From NCBI GenBank assembly GCA_951406725.2, contig OX597817.1, positions 87,544,001 through 87,608,000 of the forward strand: a DNA stretch of 64,000 nucleotides. Direction: 5' to 3'. The position numbers and the translations under genes were made by a program. The notes under the pieces were generated by a model. It saw nothing but the letters and a program-made list of their open reading frames with translations, searched no databases and was not told the DNA's origin. Source of the stretch: Octopus vulgaris (taxonomy: Eukaryota). Positions 37,208 to 51,496 of this stretch are shown here, in pieces (positions within the stretch are counted from its first letter, which is position 1; each line of letters starts with the position of its first letter).

Positions 37208-37643
37208 CATTCTTCTCTGCCGAATATACGTTAAGCTAAACCAAAAGATATCTGCCTGAAAATATAACACTTTTTGTAGCTTTATATTTGTAAAGGTGAT
37301 TTTGCCCCTCCTAAAGAAAAATTGTAAGGTTAAAGATGCAGTAACCAGCCATCATTCTTCTCTACCGTATATACTTTAAGCTAAACCAAAAGATGTCTGT
37401 CTGAAAATATGACACTTATTGTAACTTTATATTTGTAAAGGTGATTTTGCCCCTCCCAAAGAAAAATTGTGAAGTTAAAGATGCAGTAACCAGCCATCAT
37501 TCTTCTCTACCGTATATACTTTAAGCTAAACCAAAAGATGTCTGTCTGAAAATATGACACTTATTGTAACTTTATATTTGTAAAGGTGATTTTGCCCCTC
37601 CCAAAGAAAAATTGTGAAGTTAAAGATGCAGTAACCAGCCATC
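37208..37643. repeat. Three tandem ~145 bp units
   Basis: CATTCTTCTCT...TAAAGATGCAGTAACCAGCCAT starts at 37208, 37353 and 37498; units 2 and 3 are almost identical. Confidence 0.9.
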
Positions 37644-39405
37644 ACACATTGTAATAGAGAATCAATACGAAATGGCAACGATAAAAGATGCACCATTTTG
37701 ACCTTTACGTAGTTGTGTCGGCATGTGAATGAGTCAGTCCAATTTAAATCTTCAAGGCCCAATCCCAAGGTCTGTTGTGCCCATGGAATTACAGGTGTAC
37801 GCTATACCTGGGAATCTGAACAACGACGAAGCTTCTACGTGAGCATTGGATTAACTAGAAATAGAAAACAAATCCCTCCCCAAGTACAGTTTACCATGGA
37901 AGACATTAGATAAAGTGGTCCTAAATACACAATGCATGAATAAAAAAACCTGAGATTAACGACAGGTATGCATTTAATTATTTATCTGCTTAATCAAGGT
38001 TGATATATATTACTTGCATTAAGAGTTTTGTTTCATAGAATTATTTTAACATTAAATTTATCAGAAAGAGTTAACATTACCAGCGGAAGCAAAACAACGA
38101 TGTTCTGGGAAGTTGTTGCACGAAACTAATTCAATTTTCAACAAATAGAAAATACTTCACCATTTAAATCAGAACAAATGATAATTTTGGTGTGATTTAT
38201 TCATACAAATGAATAGATTCTATTTCCAACAGAATTAGAAGCCGTTATCAGACTATATCAACGGAAATAGATATTCTACATAAGCTGTGACCTTTCAAGG
38301 GTTAGGAGACTCTTTAGAGCTTGAAAAGACTTTGTGCGACCAGCAAATAATTAAGTTAAGCTGTTTTGTACTGCTTATATGTTTCTATACACACTTTTAA
38401 TGAAAACATTGAAAATATGATAAAAGTCTATAAGAAGTAAAGCAAAAGAGAAGAGGCAGAAATTATTGAGACGGTTGAAGGATGAGATAAAACCGATTTT
38501 CAAAGAAATCTGTTAGCATACAAGAATTATATGTAAACGAAAAATATAAAACGAATACGCCGTATTTATTCTTAGTTAGATAGAGAAACAACATGGCTTC
38601 TTTTCACAAGATTATTTTACCCCAAGCCAGAATTTAGTTGTGGCTTATAGCTACCTGCATTAGCAAGCAGTTAAGAAACGATAGGATCAGCCTTGCATAA
38701 ATTAATAAACTGACTCCTAACTGAAAGAGACTATCCTATCATCAGAGCAAATACCTGAAAAGCATTAACGCTCAAGCTACGAGAGACAGAAGTATATATA
38801 TACACCCACAGTTTATTTAATAAATGCTTAGAGTTGTTTCTCACAACGACGCGCAAACAAGAGCTACAACTGCAAGTTAATGAAGGAAAGATGACGTTAA
38901 ATTTGTGCGCTCGTTCTTTTGCCTTTTGATTTATGGGACTATCACGCAACCAATGATCCAGAAATGTCGTTCATTAAACGCGTTTACAACAAAGTTTAAT
39001 AATGAATTTCTCTTTGTAAACAACAGAAAAGAGCCTATGCTAATAACAAAGATGGTGGAAATGTTACAAGACCAGTGGAAAAACAGCCGATAAACAGAAA
39101 CTTTAGTGTCGAACAACATTCCAGGTGGTATTTTGTTGTGTTCTGTGTTGAAATTCTCACAGTTGTCAATTTTGTCTAATATTTTTCCAAGTTAAGTCTT
39201 ACGTTTGATGTATTTCTGTTAAACCTATATTTCAATTAAAAGTAATTTTAATATATTAGAAATCAGTAAATCTCCGAAGACTTGAAGAAAACATGATTTT
39301 GTTGGCTTCTGTTTGCGTCAGTGAAGGCTAAAACAATGCGAAGCGCATTGTGACCAGCGATGTGTAGCAATGTGGTAGGTCACGTGACAACGTGAGATTT
39401 ATATA

Positions 39406-39476
<71 letters not shown>

Positions 39477-39647
39477 TAATATATGTATGTACATACCTAC
39501 ATATATATGTATATATACATGCATATATGGGTACAGGACATCGAAAAAACGTCGACAAAATGAAGAACGAGACAGGCAACATAAAAAACATTCCCTTCAT
39601 CAGTTGCCCCCTGTTTTATCTACACTGCGTTTATATATATATATATG

Positions 39648-40315
39648 CAAGGGTAAGTCAAAAATATTTCGTACTCCTGTTTCTATATCTCCTGCGACTA
39701 TTATCTCCAGAAAGCTTCACCTTCATCGTTGTAGTGATCGATGAAGCGTTGACATATCTCATGATTACGCTTATACGCTTCGGTAAGCTCTCTTGGCATC
39801 CACCTCTCATAGACTATATGGAACCGAAGCTTGTTGCGCATGATATAATATGCAGAACAATGATTAGTTTGTTGCGAACATGCCCACTCGTCGGTTCCTC
39901 AGAACCATCTCTCGTGCTTGTAGGATTTTCACATCAGTAATAAAGGTTTACGGCCATCCTACCCTCTCTTCGTGCTTCGCGCACATCCGGTCATTTTTAA
40001 ACTTCTCGATCCACCCATACACACTTCTGCGCAATTGAGAGCTGTCACCGTATTTTACAGAAAGCCTATGATGAACTTCAGCCTTTGACACATCTTTCAG
40101 ACCAGAAAAATAGGATCATTGACTTTGCTCTTTCTTGGCTAGCGATGCAGCCATGTTTAATCTCTCACACAAGAAACAAAATTGGAGCGATCAAGGTTAA
40201 CCCTTGGTTACAAAACCACAAGAGTACCACCTTTTAGCATGCGAGCACTGTAAGTAGGGTGGCCAACCTAGTGTAAGTTTTGGCGAAGGTGTGGATAAGT
40301 TTTGACTTCCCCTTG
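39648..40315 (-). mobile_element. Internally deleted mariner transposon (N-terminal transposase remnant)
   Basis: TIRs CAAGGGTAAGTCAAAA / TTTTGACTTCCCCTTG. Minus frames SKAEVHHRLSVKYGDS..RRSVYGWIEKFKN...REMVLRNRRV, a WMPRELTEA (WVPREL-like) motif, and FLEIIVAGD. Confidence 0.8.
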
Positions 40316-41334
40316 TTTATATGGATAGATACACACATAAGTACACAGATAGATAGATAGATAGATAGATAGATACATACATACATACATACATACATAC
40401 ATACATACATACATACATACATACAGATATGATTTAAGGTGTTTGAGGGAGAATTTGCAGATATATGAAGCATGTCATGCTTCCACCTACATTATTTTCT
40501 TAAGCCCCAGTCAAATGTTACAAAACTGAGAGTGTGTAATTGTACAGGAGTTATCATTCCGTACGACGGAACATTGTGGCTCCTGCTTAGAGCAAAAGTC
40601 GATGCCGCTCGGAGCCAAAGAGATTCTAAAGAATTTAAGAATTCAACTGAATGGTTGTAGAGTCTGGAACTGAATTTCTATATTTATAAATTTACAAATC
40701 TCCTGAAAAGAAGCTATCCCATACCTTATTGTTTATGCAGTTGACAGCGATCTTTTTCTTTGCTGTAAGTCTTGTCCAGATACATAGGCACTTGAAGTCT
40801 TGTCAGTACTGTTGAAAAATTTAGACATAATGATGAAACTGGTGTATTGGTTATAGTTGAAAATAAACAATTATTTATATAATTATTTGGCGCGTGGCCA
40901 AGTGGTTCATGACCATAAGGTTCTGACTTCAATTTCTGATTTGGACAGTGCGGTGTACTATTGAACAAGGCACTTCATTCTACGTTGTTTCAGTCAACTC
41001 TGATCTAAATGAGTTGCAGTCGATTACTGGTACAGCTCTGTCTTCTGGTTGTTGTGTTCGAATTTTCACGAACGGGTGTCGGTATCTGCTCGTGACTATA
41101 GAGTTATCTAATACAATTAAGAAAAGGATGGTGCATGAAGCCAAGTCATACTCTTATGCGAGTACTAGCTGGCTTTAACCTCATTTTTTTTTTCAGTAAA
41201 ATGTCGTCGTCTACTTAGTGTTGTGAAGTCGAAAATAAATCGGTCCTTTCCGGATAGTTTCTGCTTAAAACGTTGTACAATTGACACACGCGGAAGCAGA
41301 TGTAGAGGACGGAAGGAGAAAAGACGTGAGAAAG

Positions 41335-41391
<57 letters not shown>

Positions 41392-42412
41392 GAGAAAAAG
41401 AGTAAGATTTTCTTTCTATCACTATCATTCCCTGTTTACCCTTCTCCTTTCTTGAACACTCACTCCCCCATTTCCTATCTTCGTGATACATAGACGAACG
41501 GTCATGTTCAATTTTAAAAGTAAACACTATAATATCTAAAGTACTGATTGCTATTCATTGGTCATACCAGTAGTTGGGATTTATTTCATAATGAGATTCT
41601 GCAGCTATGATGGAATTAACGATTCAATCTTAGAATATCTAATATTTTCTTATAAACCATTCAAATTAGCCAATCCATTTCATCCAGGTAATTTAAAACA
41701 TTCGCAAACCAACATCTCATGAAATAACCTCAGTAGAATATGTTTGTTTCTGTAGAAAGAAGGTATATTTTAATGTAATAAACTTTACTTTTCTCCTTAA
41801 TCTTCTCTATTTTTAGAAAATCTTAATGAAAGAATTAGCTATATAAAATAATTTATGGTGACTTCATTGAAAGTCTTTTGGAATTGGAGATCAACACTTC
41901 AAACAGCTTTCTGAAGCTAGAAAGATTTTTATATATTTGTCTGTTTTTTTTCTTTTTTTTTTTAATACTAAGTATTTTCTTTGAATTCTTGTATAACATC
42001 CACAGAAATTTTCAGAACGTACGAAAGAGCTTTTACGAAAAATCTTTAGTAAAAATATCATTCTCTGCTAGCCAAAGTGCTTGTGAGGCTGCCGAATATG
42101 TCAATACGATGCATTTTATTAGCGTATTCTGCAGTAGCCCGTAACATTCAATTGGAACTGACAGCTTTTATCTGTCAGTCTCTGTACTATTAGCTAAGCC
42201 AGTCATATAAGACAATAAAAATAACATTTGTAGTTAAAATCAGACATAGTCAGCTTCATATTGAGTTGATAGACGTATAGTGAGAATAACAGTTTCATGT
42301 AACTATTATCGTAATCTAACGCAAAACTTGTTTTATTAATAGTTTGGTTTCTTTACATTAATTCAATCAAAACTTCAATTTGCAAAATCAGGATGTAGCG
42401 AAGTAATATAAT

Positions 42413-42610
42413 GGTTTCCAATTTTGGCACAAGACCAGTAATTTCGATGAAGGGGACAGTCAACTACATCGACACCAGTACTCAGCTGGAATTTATTTTA
42501 GCGGCCTAGAAAGGATGAAAGGCAAAGTCGACCTCGGTGAAATTTGAACTCAGAACGTAGAGACGGACGAAATGCGGCTAAGCATTTTGTCCGGCGTGCC
42601 AGCTCGCAGC
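42413..42610 (-). mobile_element. SINE family A
   Basis: GAAAGGATGAAAGGCAAAGTCGACCTCGGTGAAATTTGAACTCAGAACG. Confidence 0.85.
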
Positions 42611-43680
42611 TAAATAATGTAATACCAGCATGTTAAATATTTTCTTCGGAGAAAGTGAAGAATGTACATTATTATTATTGATATGGAGGGAGCTTATAAC
42701 TTCAAAGAAAGGTTTACTTTATTGCTTTTCCTTTCTTACTCTCTCTTTCACTATCTCTCTCTTACTCTCACTCTCTCGCTCTCTTTCTCTTTCTCACACA
42801 CTCTCACTCTCTCTCGCTCTCTCTCACTCTCTTTCTCTCACTTTCTCTCACCCTCTTTCTCACTAAGTCTCCCTTTCTGTCTATATCTATCGTATCTATC
42901 TCTGTCTTTGCCTCTCTCTCTATCTATCTATCTATCGATCGATCGATCGATCGATCTATCTATCCTCTGTATCTCTGTCTTTGTCTGTCTGTCTGTCCCT
43001 TTTTTTTCATCCTGTCTATCTCTTTTCGTTGAACTGAACGTACTTTAGCGTAATCCAAAGGGCATTAGAAAACAAATATGTGACAACAATAATATTGACG
43101 TCACATAATTTCAATATACGATAAAGTGGTCGGAAATATATCTTATAGTAAATTTAAATAAAAATGGAAAACAAAGAAAAATACTCTATCTTCAAATATC
43201 AAGTCTGTCTCCTTCCGAAGAAACTGTTAAAATCTAAACTTTGGAACGTGTAAGCCAGCGGCAGATTTCGCGCAAAGAGCAGATTAAATACATGTAGTGA
43301 TTCTGATAATCCTACATAGCCACCAGAAAAGAACAGTTCTCCAAAAGATATATACCGTTAAAAGATAAAACGATAAAAAAGATACAAGCTTTAAAAGAAA
43401 ATAAATATGTACACTGTGAATATAAAATTAATTCTATAGTACATAGTAATGCTTGATTGAAAGAAAAAATGTCTGCGAAAGAAAAAGACAAAAAATACAA
43501 TTAAATACTTGACAAACATGTGGAACAAATATTAAAACAGTAAACAATGAAGGAATATGTTTACAAATGTTATCTAGATTGTTATCATCCATTCCTGTGA
43601 ATCAATAATTCATATTCATTTATATGAATGCTTCAAAGCGTCTGGTGCTGTAGAAAGGGAAAGTTAGCTACCCACGCACT

Positions 43681-43850
43681 CAGGCCCGTCGTCAGACTTT
43701 GGTACCTGAGGGTACTCCAGAATATTCTGGGTGGGCACTAATTTGTATTGCAGGAAGATTTTTGCAAACTGTATTTTCTAAATCTGAGGGTGCACCATTA
43801 AATAGTGAGGAAGCAATGCCGTCCAGTGCACTCCCTTAGTGACGGATAGG
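43681..43850. mobile_element. Possible decayed hAT-type MITE
   Basis: GC-rich island beginning CAGGCCCGTCGTCAG and ending TAGTGACGGATAGG (imperfect TIRs). Confidence 0.3.
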
Positions 43851-45125
43851 CACGCGTCCCGCTTTCAAATCTCCGTTATGTCTACGTCGCAAACATTTTG
43901 AGGAAATACATAAACGACGTAGATATATCTTTTCTGATCAGTGTCATTAACGCATATCACTCAATATACAAAAAAATTAATTTATTGACCATCGCGATGC
44001 CAGAGGCTAAGTTGCTACATTTACACATTGGGACGACAGAAAATGAAAAGTTCAGATTTTCACAACAGTTTTCTGAATGCAAAATGAGACTAGACTGCCT
44101 TAATATCTGAAGGTGACAAATACAGAAAGTATAAATTATTTAGTTGGTTTTAATCCCTATATCTGCAGTACTACCTCCAGGTATTAGATTGAGTCCTATA
44201 GCAGAGTGACAGTATTTATTTCCAACTGTTTAGCTTTATATGTTTTTATATAGGTTTCAATTGTATTACTTATATTGCATATTGTATATTGTGCGTCGCT
44301 TAGAATATATTAAAGTATAAAATATACATGAATCCGTACAAGAATGTCCCACTGGGTATGTTAGTAGGTTACCAGATAACCCAGCAGAGTTACCAATGGT
44401 TCATATCATGCTTGAGACACAGTATTGTATACATATTCAAAAGTATATTCAGAATTGCACAAGCATATATTTACACACAATTTTGTTATCTAGTCTTGCT
44501 ATTTTTCAGTTATTTCGATGTTTGCTTTATTACATTAAAAACTACATTATCACAGCACCCAAATATCACTAGAAACCCCCCTTTTTAATGATTTCGTTAT
44601 GTACAACGGCAATAACATTCTTCTTATCTTTTTTTGCCATCGCCTATATAAAAAAAAGCACCACTGCTCCACCACACCCCATCCACACTATTAACTTAAA
44701 CTATCTTAGTCTTTCTCTTGCCAAGCCAACTATCTTTCTCAACATATCATCCATTTTAATCTCTAACCATTCACTCCTAACCAGTTATCCACACTCTTCT
44801 CTTCTTGCTGCCTATTCATTCTCGATTTTACACTTTTTATCTTCGATTCTTCACTATCATTACATTTCCCAAAAACTTTATTGAACCATCATCATAACCA
44901 CAGAAACCATACTTACAGTTACTACTTTAAATTTATCCCTATTTGTACTTCTGAATTATTATATTCATCAGCAGTATCATTTTACCTTCTCTTTCGCCGA
45001 AGCCACTACCACCACCATCCCTCACTTTTTCACTACCCGAACTATATCTTCTACAAATAAATCAGACTTTCCGATAACAACTTACTTTATCTTTCATTTC
45101 TCCTTACATTTTTTTCCGGCGTTTA

Positions 45126-45335
45126 TGGTTTTAAATTTTGGCATCAGGCCAGCAATTTCGGTGGGGGAATGTAAGTCGATTACATCTACCCGAATGCCTT
45201 ACTGGTTCTTCTTTTATCGAACCCGAAAGGATGAAAAGCAAAATCGATCACGGTAGAGTTTGATCTTAGGACGTAAAGACGGACGAAATGCTGCAGAGCA
45301 TTTTGCCTGGCGCAGTAACGATTCTGCCAGCTCAA
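45126..45335 (-). mobile_element. SINE family A
   Basis: CCCGAAAGGATGAAAAGC...GACGGACGAAATGC...CGATTCTGCCAGCTC. Confidence 0.85.
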
Positions 45336-45349
45336 TACTAACATTTCTG

Positions 45350-45550
45350 CTTATCTCAACTTACCTCTATAACTCGCTCCGTCTATGACATACTGCCTAA
45401 ACCTGCAAACTCAAAGTGTTGGAAAATAGAGGCAAGTAGCATGTGCAAATGCGGAAGGGCTAGAATTATGAGACACATACTCTCCAATTTCCCATTAGGT
45501 CTGCAGTATGGACACACAAAGAGACATAACCAAGTACATATAGTATTCCT
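45350..45550 (+). mobile_element. Hero/NeSL-like RLE retrotransposon fragment (CCHC finger region)
   Basis: Open frame RSVYDILPKPANSKCWKIEASSMCKCGRARIMRHILSNFPLGLQYGHTKRHNQV matches the YD.LP.P.NL..W...C.CG....HILS.C......RHNQV pattern. Confidence 0.65.
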
Positions 45551-45786
45551 TCGCATTTTATTTCCTTATCTTTATTATTTTACTCCTTTTTCTTCCTCTT
45601 ACTCTTTCCATGAATTCTTCATCTTACACGCTTTCTTTTCACTTTACTCATTAATCTATTTTCTCCGCCATCAACTTCACCACAGCTCTACCAAATTCCA
45701 CCCACACAATTTCCCATTTTTAACAAACACTACACATAATTTAGACTATCCCAACCTTTCACCTTTTAATCTTTAATTATTCACTC

Positions 45787-45851
<65 letters not shown>

Positions 45852-45889
45852 GTTGTTATTGTTGTTGTTGTTGTTGTTGTTGTTAATTT

Positions 45890-48800
45890 TTACGCTAGTG
45901 CATGCTAATTTAGTTGACAAATATTTTATCTTGATGTCTTCCACAGTCTTCCACAGTCTCCTCAGATCTCTGGCTTGAGCTTGATGTTTTTCAATTTTTT
46001 CCAATCCCTTTGGTATCGACTCTTTTATCATAAGAAATTGCACAATCTACGATCTTAGACTGCTTATTTTCTCCTCTGCAATCACAATGAGCCTTTTTTT
46101 GCTTCAATAATATAGTATGGTCAGTTTTTATGGGGAACTTTCTCAAGGTCTCATACTTTTCATTTTCTGTTACAGTCTCTGGTTCATGATCATATCACTT
46201 TTCTGTTGTTTTAAAGTCATATATTCGGTTAACATCCCAATGCACGCTTTTGCCAACACAGTCATGTCTGCACTTACACTCCTTTTGTGTTAATATACTG
46301 CACTCATACGAAATGTGATTAATACATTCGTCTCCTATCCTGCAGATTCTACATTCGTTGTCTGTCTGAGTGTTGTCGATCTTTGCCTTTAGCAGAGTTG
46401 TTCTAAGGGCTTGTTCTTGATCGGCTATAATAAACGTTTCTTTCCCTCGTTTCAAGTTCCCGTCTGTCAGCCAGAGCCAGTGATCTTTAATTTCAACATT
46501 ATCGATTTGTTGCATGAATTGGCCATGTAGCTCCATTCCTTTCCATTTGTTTATTCTTTTGTTCTTTTTTCTCTCTTTAAATTTTCCTACTGTTTCGGTC
46601 ACTTTCCGGGCATCTCTGACTGCAGATTGCATTTTTCGGACACAGTATCGCAGTATGAACAGTGTGTTCTGCCACCTTCCTTTCTTGGTAGCTAGAGTTG
46701 GTCATCACAGCTTTTAGGGTGAAGTGCGTGTGCATTGTGAGCAGCTTTCACGTCCTTCTATCCAAGTTCTGTAGCTTAACCTTTGTCCATTTCAGAAAGT
46801 GACCAGAGTAAATCAATATGGACATAGCCAGTGTATTAATAGTTTTAATGATATTTCCTTCATTTAATTTTGTTTTGAACACCTTAATTCTTCCATTGTA
46901 CTCTTTAGTGATTTTCTCTCTCATTCTTCTTTCCATTATCTTATCGTCTTGCAGCACTCCTATTTATTTGTATTCTTCATTATATCACAGCGATTTAATT
47001 ATATCTTGTGGAAATTTTATGCCATCAGAGTTTACTATCCGGCGTCTCTTCATAATATTGCGCATTCCCAAACTGCATTCCAGTACCTTTACTGAGCACT
47101 CTAAATATTTGCATACAGCTTGAGATAATCAATATAAAGTAGGTGATTTATTCCCATCTTTGATTTGATAAACTCATGGTAGGCAGGATTAGATTTTTTT
47201 AGTATACTTGTCAGTGAGATTAGTGCAATGACGAAGAATAATGTAGAGAGTGAATCAGCCTGGAAAATGCTCCTACATATTTTCACGTTACTAGCGATTC
47301 ATTTGCACATGTCAGCTCGACTTCCCATTCTCCCGTTGTTTTCTCAAAATTGTCGTTTATCGTCCTCATTGACTCCGAACGTCATCAGACACTCCAAGAG
47401 CCAACTGCTTGGAATATTGTCGTAAGCCTTCGTATAACCTATACATCCAACATCTAAATTCATCTTTACCCGTGCCTCATTTAATATTCTACTATCTATA
47501 TATCCAGATCAGCAGTTCCCCTTGATTTATTCCTACATCCTTTATGTTCCTCTGGCAATTGGTTCTCCTTTTCCAGAAAATTATGTACTTCATCCACTAT
47601 GAGATCAGTTAATAGTTTCAAAAGTAATAGTAAGCAAGTAATAGATCTATAATTGTTGACTTTCCCTCTCTTTTCTTTACCCTTCAGTATCAGATCTGTC
47701 CTGCTTTTGTTATCCATTTTGGTGTTTTATTTTCTATGCGGTCAGTAAAAGAAAATGGTCGTATATAACTGTGTATGCTTGGAAGATCCTTGAACCAGAA
47801 TTCCTGGACACCATCTGAATCAAGGGCTTTTCTGTTTGCTATTTTCTTAATCCACTATTTTATTTCCCTATCCGTAATTGTTATAGTTTCTTGTCGCTCC
47901 AATTTCCATTTCTCTTATAAATTCCCGTAACCAGCCTGCTTTTACCTTATGTTGGGCGTCCTTGCTTCAGATTTCTGCCCGAATCTCCTTGCTGCTTCAG
48001 CATATGGTATATCATTTACCTGATCATCTTCATTGTTCAATTGTTTATAGAATTTTCTTTCATTGTTCTTAAAGAGTTTATTCGGCTAATACTTTTAGCA
48101 ACTTTTTTTTTATCAGATACTGCTTTGATCCACTATCTTAGTTCCTCTTTTACTACTTGTAGTCATTTGTGTCATATGTTGTACTTACTTCCTTTGCAGT
48201 TCGTTTTTGTGTCTTTCCCTCACAATATGCTTTTCTGTGATTGCATGTATCTGGCCAAGGTCTCGCTTGAGCAGTTCAGTTTGGTTCTCAAGACTTCGCT
48301 CCCAATATGAGACATTGTCCTTTCCCCCCCCCCTTTCACTTTTAATCGCAAGAGTTTGCACATCATCAAAGGCTGCGCAGTATATAAGATCTTTAAGTCT
48401 GTTATGCTTTCGATGTAGATTTTCACTAACAGTTCGTCCATTTTTCCACGAATAGTTTTCCTCCTTCGATTCCTCTCAGAACTTCGCTATTTCGTGCCTC
48501 ATTCAACTGTAGTAGTAAACGTCTTTTTTTCTCTGTAACAGTCTTTCCCGCCACAAAGTAGAATTCACCATCATCCGAGGAGCTGTTTCTTTTGTGGGGT
48601 CCCTCTGCTAATCCCTGTTCTTCTTCTTTTTGTTCTTCGCGTTCAGCATAGTCACATTCACACTCTTTCACGATTGTGAGGATCTCCTCCAGCTCTAACT
48701 GCGATAGCCACTGCCTTCTTGCGGTTAAATTTATTTGGTCTAGAAGTCTGCTCCGTGACACGGAACATGCTTTTCTCTGTCCAAATTTTATGCATTCTTT

Positions 48801-49150
48801 TCTGGTATCCTATTTTGGTAGGTTTACTTCTGTAATAGCATTTCATTACAATGCTCTTGTCGTATTGAGTACATTTTCTCCTAACGTTTGTAGCAGTATT
48901 TGGATAACGACCAGGTCCACCTGGAGTGCATTGTAGCACTTGCCGTGCGCGAGACTTTCAGTCAGGGTTTGGGTCTCATGAACACAGTTATGATGATTTT
49001 TTTATTTGACATGACACTCATAAAGATTGTTGTGTTGGCGAAGTGTCACAACCACCAGTGTTTTCTTTTTAATCGAGACACAATCTCTATGGTGTTGCCA
49101 CGCATGAATAAAGGAACTTTCTTCCCTCTGTATAGGTTTATCCCCATGAA
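45890..49150 (-). mobile_element. Near-full-length decayed R4/Dong-clade LINE ending in (AAT)n
   Basis: Domains in order: N-terminal RRKCT..IVMKCYYRSKP..GYQKRMHKIW..WLSQLELEEI; RT (NNYRSITCL, PEEHKGCR, SIFQADSLS, NHLLYIDYLKLY); LHGQF..DQEQAL; CRIC..HISYEC..RHD; eroded RLE. Many stops and frameshifts. Confidence 0.9.
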
Positions 49151-49189
49151 AATGTTACGTGTCGTATTTTGTTATTCGTTATTATTATC

Positions 49190-49956
49190 ATTTCCTTTTA
49201 TCACAGGCTTTGTTGGAACTCTTTGAGTCTTGCATGCATAGTGGGCTTGCTAACTGCAGCTTACGGTACTATGCTATCCGTTTTTTTTCAGTTAATACTG
49301 TCCTGATTATTCTGGCTGTGCCAAGAGAGCAAAACTTTTGTAACAGTTCTACTGGGCACTTTTCCAGTTTCCTTTATATTCCTCTTGATGCCATCTGATA
49401 CTGTCTTCAAGGACTTAACAATAATTGGCACTATTTTCACCTTCTTCATTTTCCATAGCCTGGCTAGTTCGTACTCAAGAGGGTCGTATTTATCCATATT
49501 TTCGCCTTCCTTCTTGACTATTCGTGGGTCAAATGGGCATGCAACGTCAACTATATAGCACATGGGGTGCATCTTGCGGACCACCACTATGTTCGGTCTG
49601 TTATGCTCTAGCACCTGATCTATTTGGATTAGGAAACACCAGAGGATTTTGCTAGTCCCCGACTCCACCACTCTCTGCGGTTTGTGCTCATACCACGTCT
49701 TGCCTCTCTCTGGCCCCCACTTTTCGCACAGTTTTCAATGTAGCACTTTCGCAACCTGATCGTGTCACCACAACTTGCAGTGGTTTTGGGAAAGTCTAGG
49801 GTATTCTTTCGTGATATGGACAATGGTTTCATCCACTCTATTACAGATGCAGTACAGCAAGGTTGACTCCAGTTCGTGGTCAAAACTTGGTCTTGCACTG
49901 CCAGTATATCGCACCCGGTCTCTTTTTTTAGTAGTTCCTTCTTCAGCCAATCCCAC

Positions 49957-49958
<2 letters not shown>
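49190..49958 (-). mobile_element. R4/Dong-clade LINE 3' fragment (CCHC and RLE) between (TAA)n tracts
   Basis: QDQVLTTN, CICNRVDETIVHI, HNRPNIVVV..CYIVDVACPFDPRIVKKEGENMDKYDPLEYELARLW..IVPIIV; 3'UTR then TAA repeats at ~49170-49190. Confidence 0.9.
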
Positions 49959-50004
<46 letters not shown>

Positions 50005-51112
50005 GCTGTTGTTGTTGCTGTTGTTGTTGTTGTTGTTGTTGTTGTGAGTCCATCATTATTATTTTTATTTACATCATCATCATCATAACCATTATTAATG
50101 CTAGTCTTTATATTATCATTTACTATTTTCTGCGATCATTGTTAATTTTTGCATGTTTGTCTTCATTTCATTATAAGTATTATTATTTTAATTTTCACTA
50201 CATCCTTATATGTGTGTATATATGTGTGTATGTATGTATGTATGTTTGTATGTACATTCCCACGTATGCCTGCATGTATGTATTTATATGTATGTATGAT
50301 ATATGTATTTATACATGCATGTATGTTGGTACGTGCATATGCATGTAAGTATGTGTGTATATGTGCATGTATGTATATAGGCATGTATGTATATATATAT
50401 AAATATATATATATATGTATGTATGTATGTATTTATGTATGTATGTATGTATGTATGTATGTATGTATGTATGTATGTATGTATGTATGTATGTATGTAT
50501 GTATGAATGTATGCATGTACGTATGTATGCATTCCCATTATTATCAAGATACCGTTGATTCGGCAGCAATCTAGACAGCGATCAATCAGTTTTAGAAATG
50601 ATTATCATCAGGAAACGATAAAAAATAATATAATCAACTTTAATGAAAACAAGAACCAACCTTAGAGCAGAGTGAAAATTAAATGTAAAATAACTACAGG
50701 CTGCTTCATAATTGTGCATCTTTCAACTGTGTTATTTATTTATCTTCACGATCTGATTCTTATCCTGGCGTTTATATTTACTTCTTATCTCTTCATAATA
50801 ATTTCATTTGATGTCTGCGAAGAAGAAAATATCACAATAAGTTGGTCTGGCTGATCTGAAAACAGACAGATCGTAAAACAGTAGAGACTCAAAATAGACG
50901 TAGGAAGGCGATTTACAAGATACAAACGAAGTAGCTATTTTGCAGTAATACTCATAACTTACTTGTCATCAGCCTAGACGTAACTTTTTTGTATTTGAAT
51001 TTTGAAAATCTAAATCGTTTCGATAAATCTAGTTTACAACAATCACTAAAAGATAAAAGCCTGAAAACAGCATATATTTCTTCAAAAAGTGAGAATCCCT
51101 CTTTTTCTAACT

Positions 51113-51450
51113 CTTATTTCTTTACTGCCCACAAGGGGCTAAACATAGAGGAGACAAACAAGGACAGACAAAGGGATTAAGTCGATTAGATCGACGCCAG
51201 TGCGAAACTGGTACTTAATTAATCGACCCTAAAAGGATGAAAGGCAAAGTCGACCTCGGTGGAATTTTAACTCAGAACGTAACGGCAAACGAAATACCTA
51301 TTTCTTTACTACCCACAAGGGGCTTAACACAGAGGAGACAAACAAGGACAGACGGATTAAGTCGGAATTTGAACTCAGATCGTAACGGCAGACGAAATAC
51401 GGCTACGCAATTCTCCCGGCGTGCTAACGTTTCTGCCATCTCGCCGTCTT
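51113..51450 (-). mobile_element. SINE family A, two copies with Tx1-like tail
   Basis: TTTCTTTACT.CCCACAAGGGGCT.AACA.AGAGGAGACAAACAAGG twice, plus family A body. Confidence 0.85.
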
Positions 51451-51496
51451 CCTTCTTTTTCTAACTCTACATTATCTTAGCCCTAATTAAAAAGGT

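Noticed and set aside
37208-37643. CRISPR-like periodicity
   Set aside because: Whole 145-bp units repeat with no unique spacers; eukaryotic context and no cas genes.
39330-39400. Paired Sox-like sites and GTCACGTGAC E-box
   Set aside because: It directly precedes a TA tract and looks like the tail of an interspersed repeat; no independent regulatory evidence.
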